A DNA stretch of 64,000 nt from Monocercomonoides exilis PA203 (taxonomy: Eukaryota; Protista; Preaxostyla), in the NCBI GenBank assembly GCA_001643675.2, contig LSRY02000011.1:744001-808000 (forward strand), given 5' to 3'. The notes beneath the pieces were generated by a model. It ran no database searches and was not told the DNA's origin. It saw only the letters and a list, made by a program, of their open reading frames with translations. Shown piece after piece: positions 11,990-26,300 of the stretch. Position 1 is the first letter of the stretch. Each line of letters begins with the position of its first letter. The translations under genes and the position numbers were made by a program.

Positions 11990-14900
11990 ATGTCAAAGAT
12001 TGAGAAGAATCTCCAGCGTTTATTTTCTCCACACGTTGATTCATACAATTTTTTTGTTGGAACAGGAATTCGCAAAGCAGTAGATTTAATTGAACCGAAT
12101 TTCATCACCACACAAGAAGGAAATCGACTTAGATTCTGGTTTGAAAATGTACAAATACTCCAGCCATATAAATCTGATCCAAATTGCAGAGATCAACGAA
12201 TTTTTCCTCGCGAATGCAGAGAAGCAAAAAAAACTTACAGTGGTTCACTTCAGGCTTCACTTTGCTTGCAATATAATGATCAAGATATCATTCGAATTCC
12301 TCGACGTCTTGGATCAATACCAATCATGGTCAAAAGCGCTCGCTGTCACTTATATAGAATGAGCGCTGCGGAGCTTGTTGCACATGGGGAGGAAGAACAT
12401 GAGTGCGGTGGATTTTTTATTGTTCACGGTTTAGAAAAACTTATTCGTATGATCGTTCTGACAAGACAAAATTATCCAATGGCTGTCGAAAGAAATTCAT
12501 ATTCTAGAAGAGGAAAACTTTATTCGCAATTTGGTGTTCAAATGCGATGTACTCGAGCCGATCAGTCAAGTTCAACTGTTGTGCTTCATTACCTAACTGA
12601 TGGAACTGCAGAGTTTCGATTTCAAATTAGAAGACAGGAATTCTTCCTTCCTGTTGCATTTCTTATGAAAGCGTTATATGATGTTACAGACAAACAAATT
12701 TATGAAGACGTGCTAATGGGAGATGAATCAAATTCTTTTATGATGAGCTCGCTCGAAGCAATCCTTCTTCACGGGCATGCGTTAAACTGTTTTACAAGAA
12801 CTGAAGCATTAGCTTTTATTGGAAAAAGTTACAGAACAACGGTTAGATGGCCAACATGGTGGACAGATGAAGAATGCGGCGCAGATCTTTTGAAACAGCA
12901 CGTTTTGGTGCATTTGAATTCGGATGCAGATAAATACCAAATTCTTGTTGTTATGCTACGAAAGTTGCTTCTTCTTGCTTCAGGTGAATTAAATCCAGAA
13001 AATGAAGATTCTGCTGAGATGCAGGAAGTTCTGCTTCCTGGGCAGCTTATGCTGTTGTCTTTGAAAGAGCAGCTAACAAACTGGCTTGAAGGATTTCGAA
13101 GAGCAATGGAAAGACACATGTCTATGCATCCCGCTGATGTAATTACTGATTTTTCAACAATATCAAAGGTAATTGACAGAAATCCTGTGAACATTACTCA
13201 AAGAATGGAATACTTGCTTGCTACTGGAACACTTGTAACACAAACTGGGTTGGATTTGAAGCAGGTTTGCTCTATTTCTTTGAATTTATTGATTATTTAA
13301 TTAAAAACGCTTTTTAACTGTACTTTCATTATTTCGTAATTATTTCAATGCACCAACCGCCATTTCATTTCAACGCAATTAATAACGTCGGAAAACATTT
13401 AACAATGAAAATAATTTTGTTTATATGAAATTTCATTTATCTTCGCTTCTTCAACATTTCAATTTATAATTTCCATCCTCTTCTTGACAGACAAAAGGTT
13501 ACGTTATCACAGCCGAAAGATTGAACTATCTCCGTTTTATCTCTCACTTCAGGTCTTTGCATCGTGGGCAGTTCTTCACAACGATGCGAACGACAGAAAT
13601 TCGTAAGCTTCTTCCGCAGTCATGGGGATTCATCTGCCCTGTGCACACTCCCGATGGTGGACCCTGCGGGCTGCTGAACCATCTTGCAGCACTCTGTCAG
13701 ATTGTGATGACAGACAGCGACACATCTGCAGTGGGGCCGTTTTTGGTGTCGTGCGGTATGATTCCTGTGGAGGAGAGGCCAGCAATGGGAAGAGAAGGAG
13801 CGGGAAGCGGAATGAAATTGCACAAGAAAAAGAGAGGAGCAGAGGAGTCTGATGAAAGCGATAGCGAATCTGATGGAAGTGATGAGAGTGATGACGATTC
13901 ATCGGAGGAGATTGAGCTGCATCACACGCAGCATCTTGCACCATGTGTTGTAGATGGACGTGTTGTTGGATTTGCAAAGTCTTCTATGCTGGAAACGATG
14001 GCTCAACAGCTGCGAGACATGAAGATCAAAGATCCTCAGAAGTTTTCTGCCGCACTGGAAGTGGCTGTTGCCCCTCCAACACATCTCTTCTCGTTCCCAA
14101 TGCTGTCTGTATTCTCTACGCCCAGTCGTATGATGCGTCCAGTTGTTGACCGGAACAGTGGGAAGAAGATCTTCATTGGCTCGTTGGAGCAGACGTCGAT
14201 TTCCATCAGCTGTGTTGGGGCTGACGAACGCCCAGACACTTTCTACAAAGAGCAGCATCCGTCGTCCATGCTGTCTGTGGTTGCCTCACTTACTCCATTT
14301 TCTGACTACAACCAGTCACCTCGTAACTTGTATCAGTGTCAGATGGGGAAACAGACAATGGGGACACCATATCACGCAATGCGCTATAGAAACGATTCAA
14401 AATCAAACAGAATCACACACGTGCAAAAGCCCGTGGTGAGAAACACAAATCAAGATGTTTATGACATTGACTCGTATCCACAGGGGGTAAATGCGTGCGT
14501 GGCTGTTATATCATACACAGGGTTTGATATGGAAGATGCTATGATTATAAACAAGTCATCCTTTGAAAGAGGATTTGGACACGGAGGAGTGTTTATCACG
14601 AAGGAGTTTGAGTTGGAAGACGAGCGAGGAATGAGAAGCGGCAAGAAAAGTGCAGGGCAACAAGCATATGCGGCGATTGAGAAAAAGAGAAAAGAAGAGC
14701 GAGAAATGGCTGCGGCTTCAGGAAACGCGAATGCTCAAAGCGCTTCTTCATCATCTTCTTCATACTCATCATCTTTGGTGGCACCCGTCCCAGAGAACAT
14801 GTTTGTGCGCTCATATTTCACGAACATCAATCCAAAGACCAATGAACTTATCGATCCTAAGCTGGATATCGATGGGTTCCCGTTCATTGGAGATGTTATC

Positions 14901-16354
14901 CGCAAGGGAGATCCATTGTGTGCATATGTGACAGAGTCAGGCGAGGCAAAGATCAATCGATACAAGTTGTCTGAAAGTGGTATTGTTGAAGCTGTCACAT
15001 TGGCGTCAAAAGGTGGAGTTGGAGGAAGTGGTGCTTATTCTTCATTTTCAGCTGGCGGAGGAGGGCAAGGCGGTGCAGGCAACGCAGCAGGCACTGGAAT
15101 GGCGACAGGCGGAAGTCTGCCTCATCTTGTTCGTATCAAGCTGCGTCTGAACAGAAATCCTGTGATTGGTGACAAATTCTCTTCGAGACATGGACAAAAG
15201 GGTGTGCTGTCTGTTTTATGGCCTGATGTGGATATGCCGTTTACTGAGACTGGAATAACGCCTGATTGTATCATCAATCCTCACGCTTTTCCATCTCGAA
15301 TGACCATTGGTATGATGATTGAGGCTATGGCTGGGAAAGCTGGTGGAGCTCATGGTGTGTATGAAGATGGTACTCCGTTCCAGTTCACACAAAACAGAGG
15401 GCTTGAGTCTGGAAAAGACGACGAGTCAGTTGTCGATTATATTGGAAAGCAACTTGTGAAAGCCGGGTACAATTATTATGGAAGTGAGCCATTATACTCA
15501 GGAGTCTCTGGTGAATTACTAAAAGCAGAAATATTCTTTGGGGTTTGATGATTTATTTGTTTTAATCTTTATGAGTTTCTATTTGAAAAAAAAAATATTG
15601 ATTAATTTATTTTTAATCAAAATAATCATTTTAATAGGTTGTGTATTATCAGCGTCTTCGTCACATGGTTTCAGATAAGTTTCAAGTGAGGTCAACAGGA
15701 CCAGTCAATGCATTGACACATCAGCCTGTCAAGGGACGTAAAATGGGAGGAGGAATTCGTCTTGGAGAGATGGAACGTGATTCTTTGATAGCTCATGGGG
15801 TGTCTTTCATTATGCAAGATCGTTTGCTCCATTGCTCTGATGAACATGAGGTGTGTTATAATATTTGAATATGAGGTGAAGAAAAGCGGTTTTTGAATGT
15901 TTTTTATATCTTTAAAATCTATTGTTTAGTTTTTTGAAAATTTATGAAAACATTCATGCTTATAACATATTATTTTGTTCTTTTGTTCTAATTATTAATG
16001 CATAACAACACTTTATTTATTTATTTATTCATTTTATAGACACACATATGCACAAAGTGTGGCTCTTTGGTGTCTGTTGTACTGAGAGACAGGCAACCTT
16101 CAAGTTCTCAGAGCGGAGGAATGGACAAAGCACAGACCACAGGAATGGGTCAACATCAAGAAGGAGCTTCAACAGGCAACAGCGGACTGCAAGAAAGGGT
16201 GTGCTTGCTGTGTGGGAGTGGAGAGTATGTGGGGAAAGTTCGGATTCCGTATGTGTTACTTTATCTGGCAAATGAAATTGCTGGAATGAATTTGAAATTG
16301 CAGTTCCAGACAAGAAAGTTTACAGATGCGTTGGAAAATGATGACGAAGAGTGA
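11990..16354 (+). CDS. RPA2: DNA-directed RNA polymerase I second-largest subunit; exons 11990-13264, 13491-15542, 15638-15850, 16040-16354
   Basis: Motifs [78 protein letters not shown] and the C-terminal CxxC...CxxC. GLDLKQ|[21 protein letters not shown] is Pol I-type. Three phase-0 GT-AG introns (226, 95, 189 bp) join the ORFs in frame. Confidence 0.95.
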
Positions 16355-17373
16355 AAAGGAATCCGTCAGTGAAATTCATTATTTAATTATCCTCAATTCA
16401 CAATTGTACACAATTTTCAAAAATTAGTAATTTTCTTTACCACTTCAAGCAATCTTTCACTTCATCTATCAAAACAAAAAGAAATAAAATAATAAAAAAT
16501 TGCTATTTTTGGAATAACTTAAAATTGTTGACTATTTGAAGATTTCAGTTGAAATAACAATTTATTCAAGCGTCAGCTTGACTTTTTGAACATTAGTTCA
16601 ACAAAAAATACTGTCACTTCGAAATTTTAAGAGTTACATTCGTTGATTGCTGCGAAAATAAAATAAGTGAAATGAAATGAAACAAACTTACTAATCGTTG
16701 GTATGTCAAATAGCAACGCATGTGAAATAATAATACTAAAAAAATATGATTAAGGCTAATTATTTCGAACATAAACAACTATAACAAGATTGAAAGCTTT
16801 TAAAACAGGAGGAACAAAAGCGATACAAATTCACAATTAACTCCAAGAAAATAATTAGTTTTTTTTTTAATTAAAAAAAACTATTTTTCTTTGTGTCAAC
16901 TTTTCACCGAAAAGGAAAAAAAATTAACTTGCAACCATTCAAATAGAAAAAAATAGAAAATGCTCTTCGAATATTCGAATTGAAGAGCCAGTAAATTAAG
17001 AAGAAGATCAAAAATGAAAAATTGAGAAATATATTTTGATTGCAAGAAAACTCAAGACAATAAATGCATGTGTAAAGGAATTATTGCAAAAAAAAGAGAG
17101 AAAAGAAAAGAAAATAGAAAACTTGATAAAAAATATCATAAAATATCTACTATATTGTCTAGCATATCATAAAAAGATGACATATAAATGATAAAAGATG
17201 TTCAGATGAATAAATCTACAATCATTAAACACGAATATTTTTTTATTTGAAAAAAAATAAAACATTTATTCGTTGTTAAGTACTTGTAAGACCATAAAAA
17301 GAAGATGAAAGAAAAAGAAGATGGTCAAAAGTACCTATTTTTATTCACTCCAGTGAAAGTTGTTGGATGGCAA

Positions 17374-20300
17374 TTAATTGGGACTGCTAAAGGATGACTG
17401 CAGCCACGACCGATTTAACGGGCGAAGCTGAGAAGAAAACGCATTAGCAGAGACATACGTTGTGCAGTCAGAAACATTTGGGAGTGGGCGCATCGTTCTA
17501 GCATCCGCCACAAAGGCACACGAATTCACAGCCATTGGATTCGCTCCAATCATCGCGATTGGAACCGTGGTGTAAGGTAGGTTGGACGAATAAGGAGACG
17601 TGGGGGATGTGTGCATGGAGCGCGGGTCTTCAATCATTTCTCCATCCAGCGTGCGCAGCTCCCCAGTCTTTGTCCTGATGGAGACGACAGCCCTCATAAA
17701 TGGCAGCGAAGAGGAGTTCAGCGGAAACTGCGTAAAGTTGGATGACTGCAAATCCAGATAGTCCGCCTCTGTGAACGATTTGAGGAAGCGCTGAGCATTC
17801 GGCAGAGAAATCTCCAGCAGATGCGGGATTCTCGGCGAGATCAGCGGATGCAGGTTCATTGGAATAAGAGAATGGATAGAAAGTCCCTTTGCGCGTTGCA
17901 TTGGAAGCTGGCGCAAACTCTGAGTGGAAAGAAGCTGTGTGGATGTAAGTGATAATGTAGAAGAATTTTTCTGAGAAGAGAGAGAAGAAGAAATAGAAGA
18001 AGAGGAGGAAAGCTGAAGTTTTGATTGACTCGACGGGTGTAGTTGAGAGGAATATACAGAAGGCATTGAAGCAGACGGAGCAGAAGAAGACGATGAAGCA
18101 GGGTAAAAAGTGTGTGTATTTGATGAAGCGCTTGATGCGAATCTGTCTGGAAGCGACACCAAATGAAGGTTCCTTTGCTCAAAAGCAGCGCTTTTTGACG
18201 AGAAGACGCTCAATCCGCCAAAATAGAAGGACACAAACGGATTCATCGCTGAGCCTTTCGTCTCTTTGAGAATCTCGCTCATGCGCTGGATGCTTGTGGG
18301 CACATACACAAACACGATGTCTGCAAGCGACACCATTGGATTGATTTCTGCATTTTGTGCTGCTGAAATCAGAATCGATCTTGCACGGAGGATGTCGAGT
18401 GACCTCTTCTTTGACTTTAGTAGATTCATTGCAACAATCTGTTTCTCGTTTTGCTCGTAACGATCTGAAGACATCCTGTTAGGATGCTTGTGTTTGTTCA
18501 AATATGGCATTATTTGGCCTGACTGATGGCTGAATGGCACATATCGTGAATGTTGATCATCCTGCAGAAGAGAAGATGAAGGGTACACAGATTCCTCGAA
18601 CGCAGCTTGATGGCTAGACGGGCTTCTGTAGAGCGACGCCTCGTCAGAAGCACCAAAATCGCGTCCGTCGAGGAAATTGGATGAGCTTGATGTGAATGCA
18701 TCGAGGCGAGGGATGTCTGAAAATGGAAGCACAGAGGCAGAAGAGTAGATGGACAAAGCAGCATCTGGCACGCCTGCATCTGTGTATGATGAAGGGAGAT
18801 TCAACGACAGTGCATTTGTTGAGTCGCTTGAAAGCGACGAGAGCTTCTGAAAGACTGGGAATGCCTGACGAATCAGATTCTGATCGAATGACTTGAAGGA
18901 CTCAGAAAGCGAGAGCAGAGACGGGATAGACGAAGACTGCAAAGAAGAAGGAGCAGAAGCCATAGAATTCCTTTGCTGAGAAAGGACTGAAGACAACGGA
19001 GAAATCTGTGGTGCTCTGTTTCGTGGTGTTCCGACTTGTGAAAGCGGCTGCTGCGCAAAAGAAGAAGGTGACGAAGACAAAGTGGATGTAGAATATGAAA
19101 GCAAAGTAGATCCTTTCGTTCCGCTGGAATTCCGATCAGTTCTCAGCAGAGAAGTCACCTTTGATGACTTATTGGAATCTGAAGATTTTCCACCAAATGA
19201 CGATGAAGCAGTCTTTGCTTGCAGCTGAGCTTGTACAATTTTGGCCCTAGCAAGCAACGGCAGAATCGAATTCACCACTTTTGTGGACTCTTGCTTCAGA
19301 GTTACCAAAAAGCCTGTTGGAATGCATGTGAAAGAAGGAAACACCACCACAGAAGACTTAATCATGGCCTCGCCTTTAGCCAATAGAGAAGAAGCAGACA
19401 AAGGCTCGTCTGACAAACCCTGCAATCTGTGCTTCATAGGTACATAGCAGAAGAATCGGTGGATTTGCTCGATTGTACCCAATGCAAAGTTCAGGAACTG
19501 AAGAATCAATGGTGGTTTGTCTTCACTGATTGTAGTGAGTGAATGAGCAGCTGAGTCTGGCGAGTTGCATATCCAGCCCAATGGAATCTCTCCGCGTGTC
19601 AGATGGAGCCAGCTGTTCACGAACGACGAGGAATATGAACTCGACAGCAGATTTATTTCAATATCGAACGGAGACAGTGTGATGAATGAGATGTCGTTGA
19701 ACTCGTCTTTGTCGTCTCTCAAATCGTTTGGTGAAAGAGAGAATGTCTGTTGTTGTGCAGAAGAGAACCCGAATGCGCCAGTGGCCTGAATGTTTGGCTG
19801 GTTGGGATCAGTAATAGAACTGGAAGATGGCATGCTGGTACCATCTTGATTCAGCAGCACTTGAGACGAGGAGGAGCGGAAAGGCAGCGCAGATTGAGCA
19901 TTTGAAAGAGAAGAAGAAGAGGAAGAAGACGAAAATGAAGACATGAAAGGAGAAAATGACTGAGAGAGAGAGGGATCTGTGAAATCTGAAGGCGTGCCAT
20001 TGGAGAACGGAGACAAAGAATTGGGAAAACTCGAAGACGAAGAAATGTTAAGTTCGGTGAGTATATCTTCAGCAGGAGGAAGCGAGAAAGCAGAGCTTTG
20101 GAATGAGTTATTATCTTTGCGAGCTGTTGGAGCTTGAGCAATCCCTGAAGTTTGTCTAAGCTGTCTATCTGAAGGCATGAAAGCAGTGGCAGAAGATGCA
20201 GTAGATGCAGGCGCAGATAAAGAAGTCGTTAATGAAAGTGGGACAATCGAGTCAGACTCCATCGTTGCGTCAAGCGTGATCCGCTGAGAGTAAGTCAAAA

Positions 20301-23300
20301 AGCTTGGCAGCTGCTTCAGAGTGCAGTTGATTGTGTGCATGAAGGAGTTAGCCGAATTCGCCTCTCGCAGCATGCCTAGCACAGTTGGTGGGAGGGAATG
20401 TTCTGACATGCACACAGCGATAACAGCCTGTGTCAGCTTCTCCATGTTGAATAAGCGCGATGGCAGGAGCTGCTGCAATTCCTCACAGAAGCGCAGGACG
20501 ATTGCTGGATGGAAGACAAGTGTGTCGCAAGACGGGATGATTGAGAAGTGTGTGCTGCTGTCGAACGGCGAGTTGGAGGAGAACAGCGCCCGCAGATTGC
20601 TCAATGCTTCCACGTTGTCCCAGCGAACGTTCCACGAATGGAACGGAATCTCAAACACCTCGTCGCTCACAGTAGATGCGACCAGCGGAGGCATCGAATA
20701 GAAGTCTCCGATGGTAAAGTGCAGGCACGACTCCACAATCGTCTGCTGTGCCCCGTCGCTTCTGCCGATATCGTTGACTTTGCTGCCGTAAACACCAGAA
20801 CCTGAGTGCCTTCCGTGTGATGTTGGGTGGATCACAGCGTGTAGATAGTGGCTAATCTCTGTGAAGTACGTCTCGTGGGACGGGTTTGGAATGTCAGGAT
20901 ACACTGTCAGTGGTGAATCTGAAGAGAATGACTCAGGGTTGATCAATGAAAGGTGGAGGTTGACGAATATTCTTGTTGGCAAGGCACCCAACAGGAAAGG
21001 ATATGCATGCACACAGATCATCCGCAGCATGCTCGACCATATCCAGCTTTCAGAAGTGCCAGTTCGCATCTTCTTTGGTAACAGTTTGTGTTGGAAGAGT
21101 TGTTTGTTTGGCTGTGATGGCAATTTTATCAGAAACTTCATCAGACGTCTTAGCGCTGAATAAGGAATGCAGAAGCGTTTGTTGTTCATTCTTCCGTTGT
21201 TCACTCTGAAATACTCAGTGATGAGTGAGAACGAGCATATTAAGCAGAAGAGGAGATGCAAAAATTGCCTTGTGGAGAGCGATTCTTTCGTTGCAAGCTG
21301 GTCGCAGTGCTTTACAGTTTTCAGTAGTTTTTCTGATGATACTTTTCCCATCGCATCCACAATGCACGACGAAAGAAGGCCACGGAATGTGATTGCACTG
21401 CGGATTGTGATGCACTTCGCAAAGAATGAGAGATTTCGCGTCAAAACGTGCAGTCTTGAATCTGGCGAGAAGCATGAAGAATGCGACAGAATCAGCCACA
21501 AGATGCAATTTTTATGAACTTTTGGTGATGAAGACTGCTCAGGTGATGAAGCAGAACCAGCTGGCAGCAAGCTGTTAGCATTTTCATCTGTTCTTTTCTT
21601 CCAAAACGTATTCTCCATCCAATCTGAAAACAGCTTCAAGTAGTGCTCCGATGCATACTGAATTCCCTCTACAACAATCCAAGCACCCATTTCGACGCTG
21701 CCGTTGAGGTACTTCACTGAGATGTTCCATGCTGCCTCCCACACATCGATCAACGTCAGCGACGATGCGCTTTTCCGAGACTGCGACTCAATCAGCATCT
21801 TCGCGTCTCGATAGGCCTCAGAGATGTGAAGTTCAGACATCGGCTGCTTCCTTCTCTTTGCAAGCAAGATGATATCAGAGGCCAGGCGATAATCTTCCAC
21901 AGCAGACATTCCAGAATGGCTTTGTGTCGTCAAACAAATCACCTGCTTTGGAGACTCAAATCGCTCGAGAATGCTTCGGAACTTCAGAGATTTGGCATCT
22001 GTTGGATCAACGAAGTTCTCAAGTGAAGCAAGTCCACAATAGAAGAACGGAGATGGCAGCACAGACTGCTGCTGTGATGGTGTGTGGTGTGCTTGTGTGT
22101 AGTGATACGAAGGCATCCCGCAAAACAGATACGCCGACTCAACCCCAAACAGCGGCTGGGAGCTGATGCCCAGCATGACAGCTTCTCGCGTTCGAGATGG
22201 GATCAGCACTGAAATCAGCAGCATGCGCTGGAAGATGTTCAGCTGCTGCATCTGCGCGTTTGGATACTCTGCTAATTCTGGTGTCTCGTCGTTGAACCAG
22301 TCGGCCCAGCGGCGCTGTGTGTTGCTGATGAACACAGGAGTTGCCACAGTCGGCGAATGCGACTGGAAAAACGAAGGCGAGTTGCGAGAACGTGCAGCCG
22401 CCGGAGAATTTCCTTCGAGTGCTTCTTTGATTGCAGAGTAGCCTGACAGCGATGTCGGATCTAACACATCTCTTTGGTTGAACAGCGACTGCCTGCGCTT
22501 TCTGTACGACGAGTCTGCTCTCTTCTCGCGCGAGTCGTTTCGGAAGATCGTCTCGTCAAACGGGTTCGATCCACCTTCAGACTGCAAATCTTCGCTGTTT
22601 CCAGACGGGTCGACGCCAGAGAACCGCAGCCCAGACACGAATGTCTGCCGCTTGAACGAATACTTCGAGCGCTCCTTCTCATTCTGGATCATAAACATAG
22701 AGTCTGCCACGGCTGACGAGAAAGACAGCGTTTCGTCTGCTTTCGAATTCCCTTGCTGCATTTCACCACCAGATGCAAACAGACCTCCGGTGAGTGTTGA
22801 GTGCTGGTGTAGAGCCATCGGCGAGTGGACAACCGACGAGTAGCGCGACACGTAGTGCGACTTGTTCTGCCTCAGATCTCTGTGTGCATTGCTCATAAAA
22901 GACGGGTCATATAGCTCCATTGCATCCATCGTCTTCTGCGAGAACTGCGGCACTGATGTCTCCTGAAGGATGCGCAGAAGCACAGAAGAACGGCTTTCAG
23001 GGTAAAATGGCATGTGATCAATAGCAGAGAAGATGCTGTGGATCTGCGGATCCAAATCCAGAATCATCGGTCTGTACACTGGGCACAAAACTCCCAGCAC
23101 AAACAGGTCTTTCCACGACATGTCTGGAAGCCATGCAGACGCTGGGTTCTTTGGCAGAAGACCGAGCACTTGAAGAACAGCAGTTTCGAGAGGGAAACGC
23201 AGCTGTACAAGCTCTGCGAACATGACGCTCTGAGGATAGCACCTTCCCTTAAAAGCAGAAGATGGCTCTATTTTCGGAGGAAGCGTATGGACCATCACCG

Positions 23301-26300
23301 TTTGTGGTGAAAGCAAAGCATCCATTTCAATGCCCGACAGCCCCTTTCCCTCAGCGTTTGCCATCCGCAGCGACAAGAACAGCATCACTGTGATGTAATC
23401 CGATGGAGAAGTGTCTTTTTCCTGGTGTGTCTTCACCATATATGCAACAACACACTCAACAATTTGTGTTCTCTCGTGCTTCGTCATGCCAATTGGAGAA
23501 GTCTCACTGTTGTGATATTGAAGCAGCTTCATCAGAATCCTCCGCTCAAACAGAGACAGGTCTGCAAGCTCTTTTTGCTCGCTACTTTGCTTTGGCTCTT
23601 GCTCTGTGCCTGACGTACCTTGTTTGCTTCGAGTCATACTTCGACTTCTATTCCTGCTCTTACTCTGGCTCTGGCTCTGGCTCTGGTTTTGATTCTGATC
23701 ATGTTCCATTCGCTCAAGTTGTTCTTTTTCTTCTTGTCCCTGTTCTTGTTCTTGTTCTTGTCCCTGCTCTTTCTGCTGTTCCTTCTCTTGTCCAACTTCT
23801 TGCTCTTTTCCTTCTTCTTGCCCTTGTTCTTTTCCTTGCTCTGACTGCTGGTCGCTTATATCGTCGCTGTGAAGCTGATGCTGCTGCGACTGCTGGAGTA
23901 GAGAAGGCGACGACAGCTGCACGATGTTCTGGATGAGGTGCGGGCGCCGGATGAGTGAGGAGGATGAGGCAGCAGACAGATGAGAGAGAGAAGGAGGATG
24001 AAGAGATGACAGAAACGGTGTGGAAGATGAGTCACGCAGAGCAACAGTGGCTGAAGAGGAGTCGACAGATGTTGTGAGAGACGGGGAGTGGGAGAGAACG
24101 TCTATGGCAGACGCACCACTTGGAGATGCGTTTGGAGACTCGGCAGCTGCAGCTGCAGCAGCAGAAGAAGAGGAAGAGGAAGAAGAAGAAGATGATGATG
24201 ATGACGATGAAGGTGTTGCAATTACTGGGGAAGATGACGGAGTTGAGGAGGATGGGGAAGATGATGAAGAGGATGAAGAAGAAGATGGCTGCGAAGGAGA
24301 AGAAGAAGGCGATGATGAAGGAAGAGAATTCTGAAGACGAGGCGAAGGGAACGGCGAGAGTGTTGCAAGGGCAGATGATGTGTCTGAATCGTTTGTGCTG
24401 TTCAGAAGGATGAGCTCTGTCATCTTGCTCATCACATCCACCACGTGATGGAATTTTTCGTTTGCCCACATGACTGGCGAGTTCTTGTTGAACGGCTTGC
24501 CCACTGTGCGGATCATGGAGAACGAGAACATACTGAGCAGGTTGCAGAATGGGCGGATGTGGTTGTACTCCCAGCTGAAGCAGAACTCCAGCCACTGCAG
24601 CGCCGATCGAGATGCCAGCTCTTTCTCCTGCCACATGTCCACATCCTTCTTCACCGCCTCGCATTGCGACGCAAAGATCTCTTCCTCTTCTTCAGAGTGC
24701 GCCATGAACAGGGATATGAGTGTGCATGCATTGGGCGTGATGCTCTTGAACTCCTTCGACAGCTCGGCCTCTGCACTTTCTGTGGTTGACGACACTTCAT
24801 CGTCGTCCTCCTCAAACGCTGAAGACCTGTCTGTAAACAAGAAAGGCGTTGAGGCAGAGTCATCAATGGAGATAGCGCAGTCAAGCGGTGATACAGGCGA
24901 TGTAGGTGAAGAGAGAGCAGTCGTTGGCGATCCAATAGAAATAACAGACACAGCAGACCCGCTGTTCCCAGCAGACTCGCCTGTTACTTGTCTGTTCTGA
25001 TTGCTCTGGCTGCTGTGATTGCTGTGGCTGCTGAGGCTTCTGTAGCGCAGGCTGTGCATCGAGTTGTGCTGGTGCAGCTTCTTCGCACCGAACTCGGCCA
25101 AAGGATCAAGTGCCTGCGGAGACACAGGGATGAACTTTGGGCTTGTTGGAGAAAGACTCAAAGAGAAAGTGTTGTTCTGAATGGGCAGAGAAGCTAAATT
25201 GCCGGTGGAAGAGTCAGTTTTCTGTGTGGAGTCGATGCTGATGTCGAAGAGAGAGGCGTCCTTGGAAGAGGAAATAGACATGTTTGAGGAGCAGATTGAC
25301 GAAGACTCGTTTTGGTGGAGGATGGAGTTGATGGATGTGGCGGAGTGTGGAGGTGTCAAGGGAACAGAGTTGCTGATAACTAAGAGAGGAACAGAAAACG
25401 AAGAAGATGCGGAGGAAGAGGAGGAAGAGGAGGAGGAAGAAGAAGATGTGGATGAAGCTGAAGAGGAAGAGGACAAAGTCTTTGGGTTCTTAGCAGCATT
25501 GAAATTCAGCCCGTATGCCATTGATAATCTTTTGAAGGCTGGTGTGACTCTTGAAGTAGCAAATGTCAAGCGGAAGTTGGATGAAGGAGTAGCAGAAGCA
25601 GCAATAGTAGAAGCTGTAGAAGAAGAAGAAGAAGAAGAAGATGATGATGATGAAGCAGAAACAGCAGAAACAGCAGAAACAGCATCTGGATTGAGTGCCG
25701 AAAGCGACGGCGACACAATCATCTGCCTAGCCTCTGGTTCTTCCTGCAGAATTGGCGTGGTATTTCCACTGTATTTGGCAATAAGATCCAGATCGAGTGG
25801 CAAATCGCCCTTTTCTGAAGGCAAAGTGAGGATTCGGCTGTCGCGAATGTCAGTCAGCAGCGTCTGGATGAGCCTGGCGCGGCAGACGTTGCGCTGCACC
25901 TCGCTCTGGTAGGCCTCGTTGGTGTCTGGGTAGAGCGTGGCGATGGTTGTTCCGAAAAGATCAGGGGCTGTGTCTGTGCGGAGATGGTGCGACACAACAG
26001 AGCCGATGGCAGGCGACAGCGCCCAGCGGAAGAGCTGCTCGGAGGGGGCGATGATGACTGGGGTGCACAAAAGAGACCAGCCGTTGTTGAATGTGGCACC
26101 TGCGCCCATTCCCGCGACGAGGATGAGATCAACATCGCCTGGAAGATACATCGCCGGGTGGAATTTTGGCTGCAGCGGGTCGAATATGCCGTCTTCGGGG
26201 ATGATCAGCTCGAAGGGCATGGAATCGACAGTGCAGTTGTCCATCGTGTTGGTCTCGTAGAGGATGCTCATCGACTTCCGCTGGGACTGCATGCTGAAGG

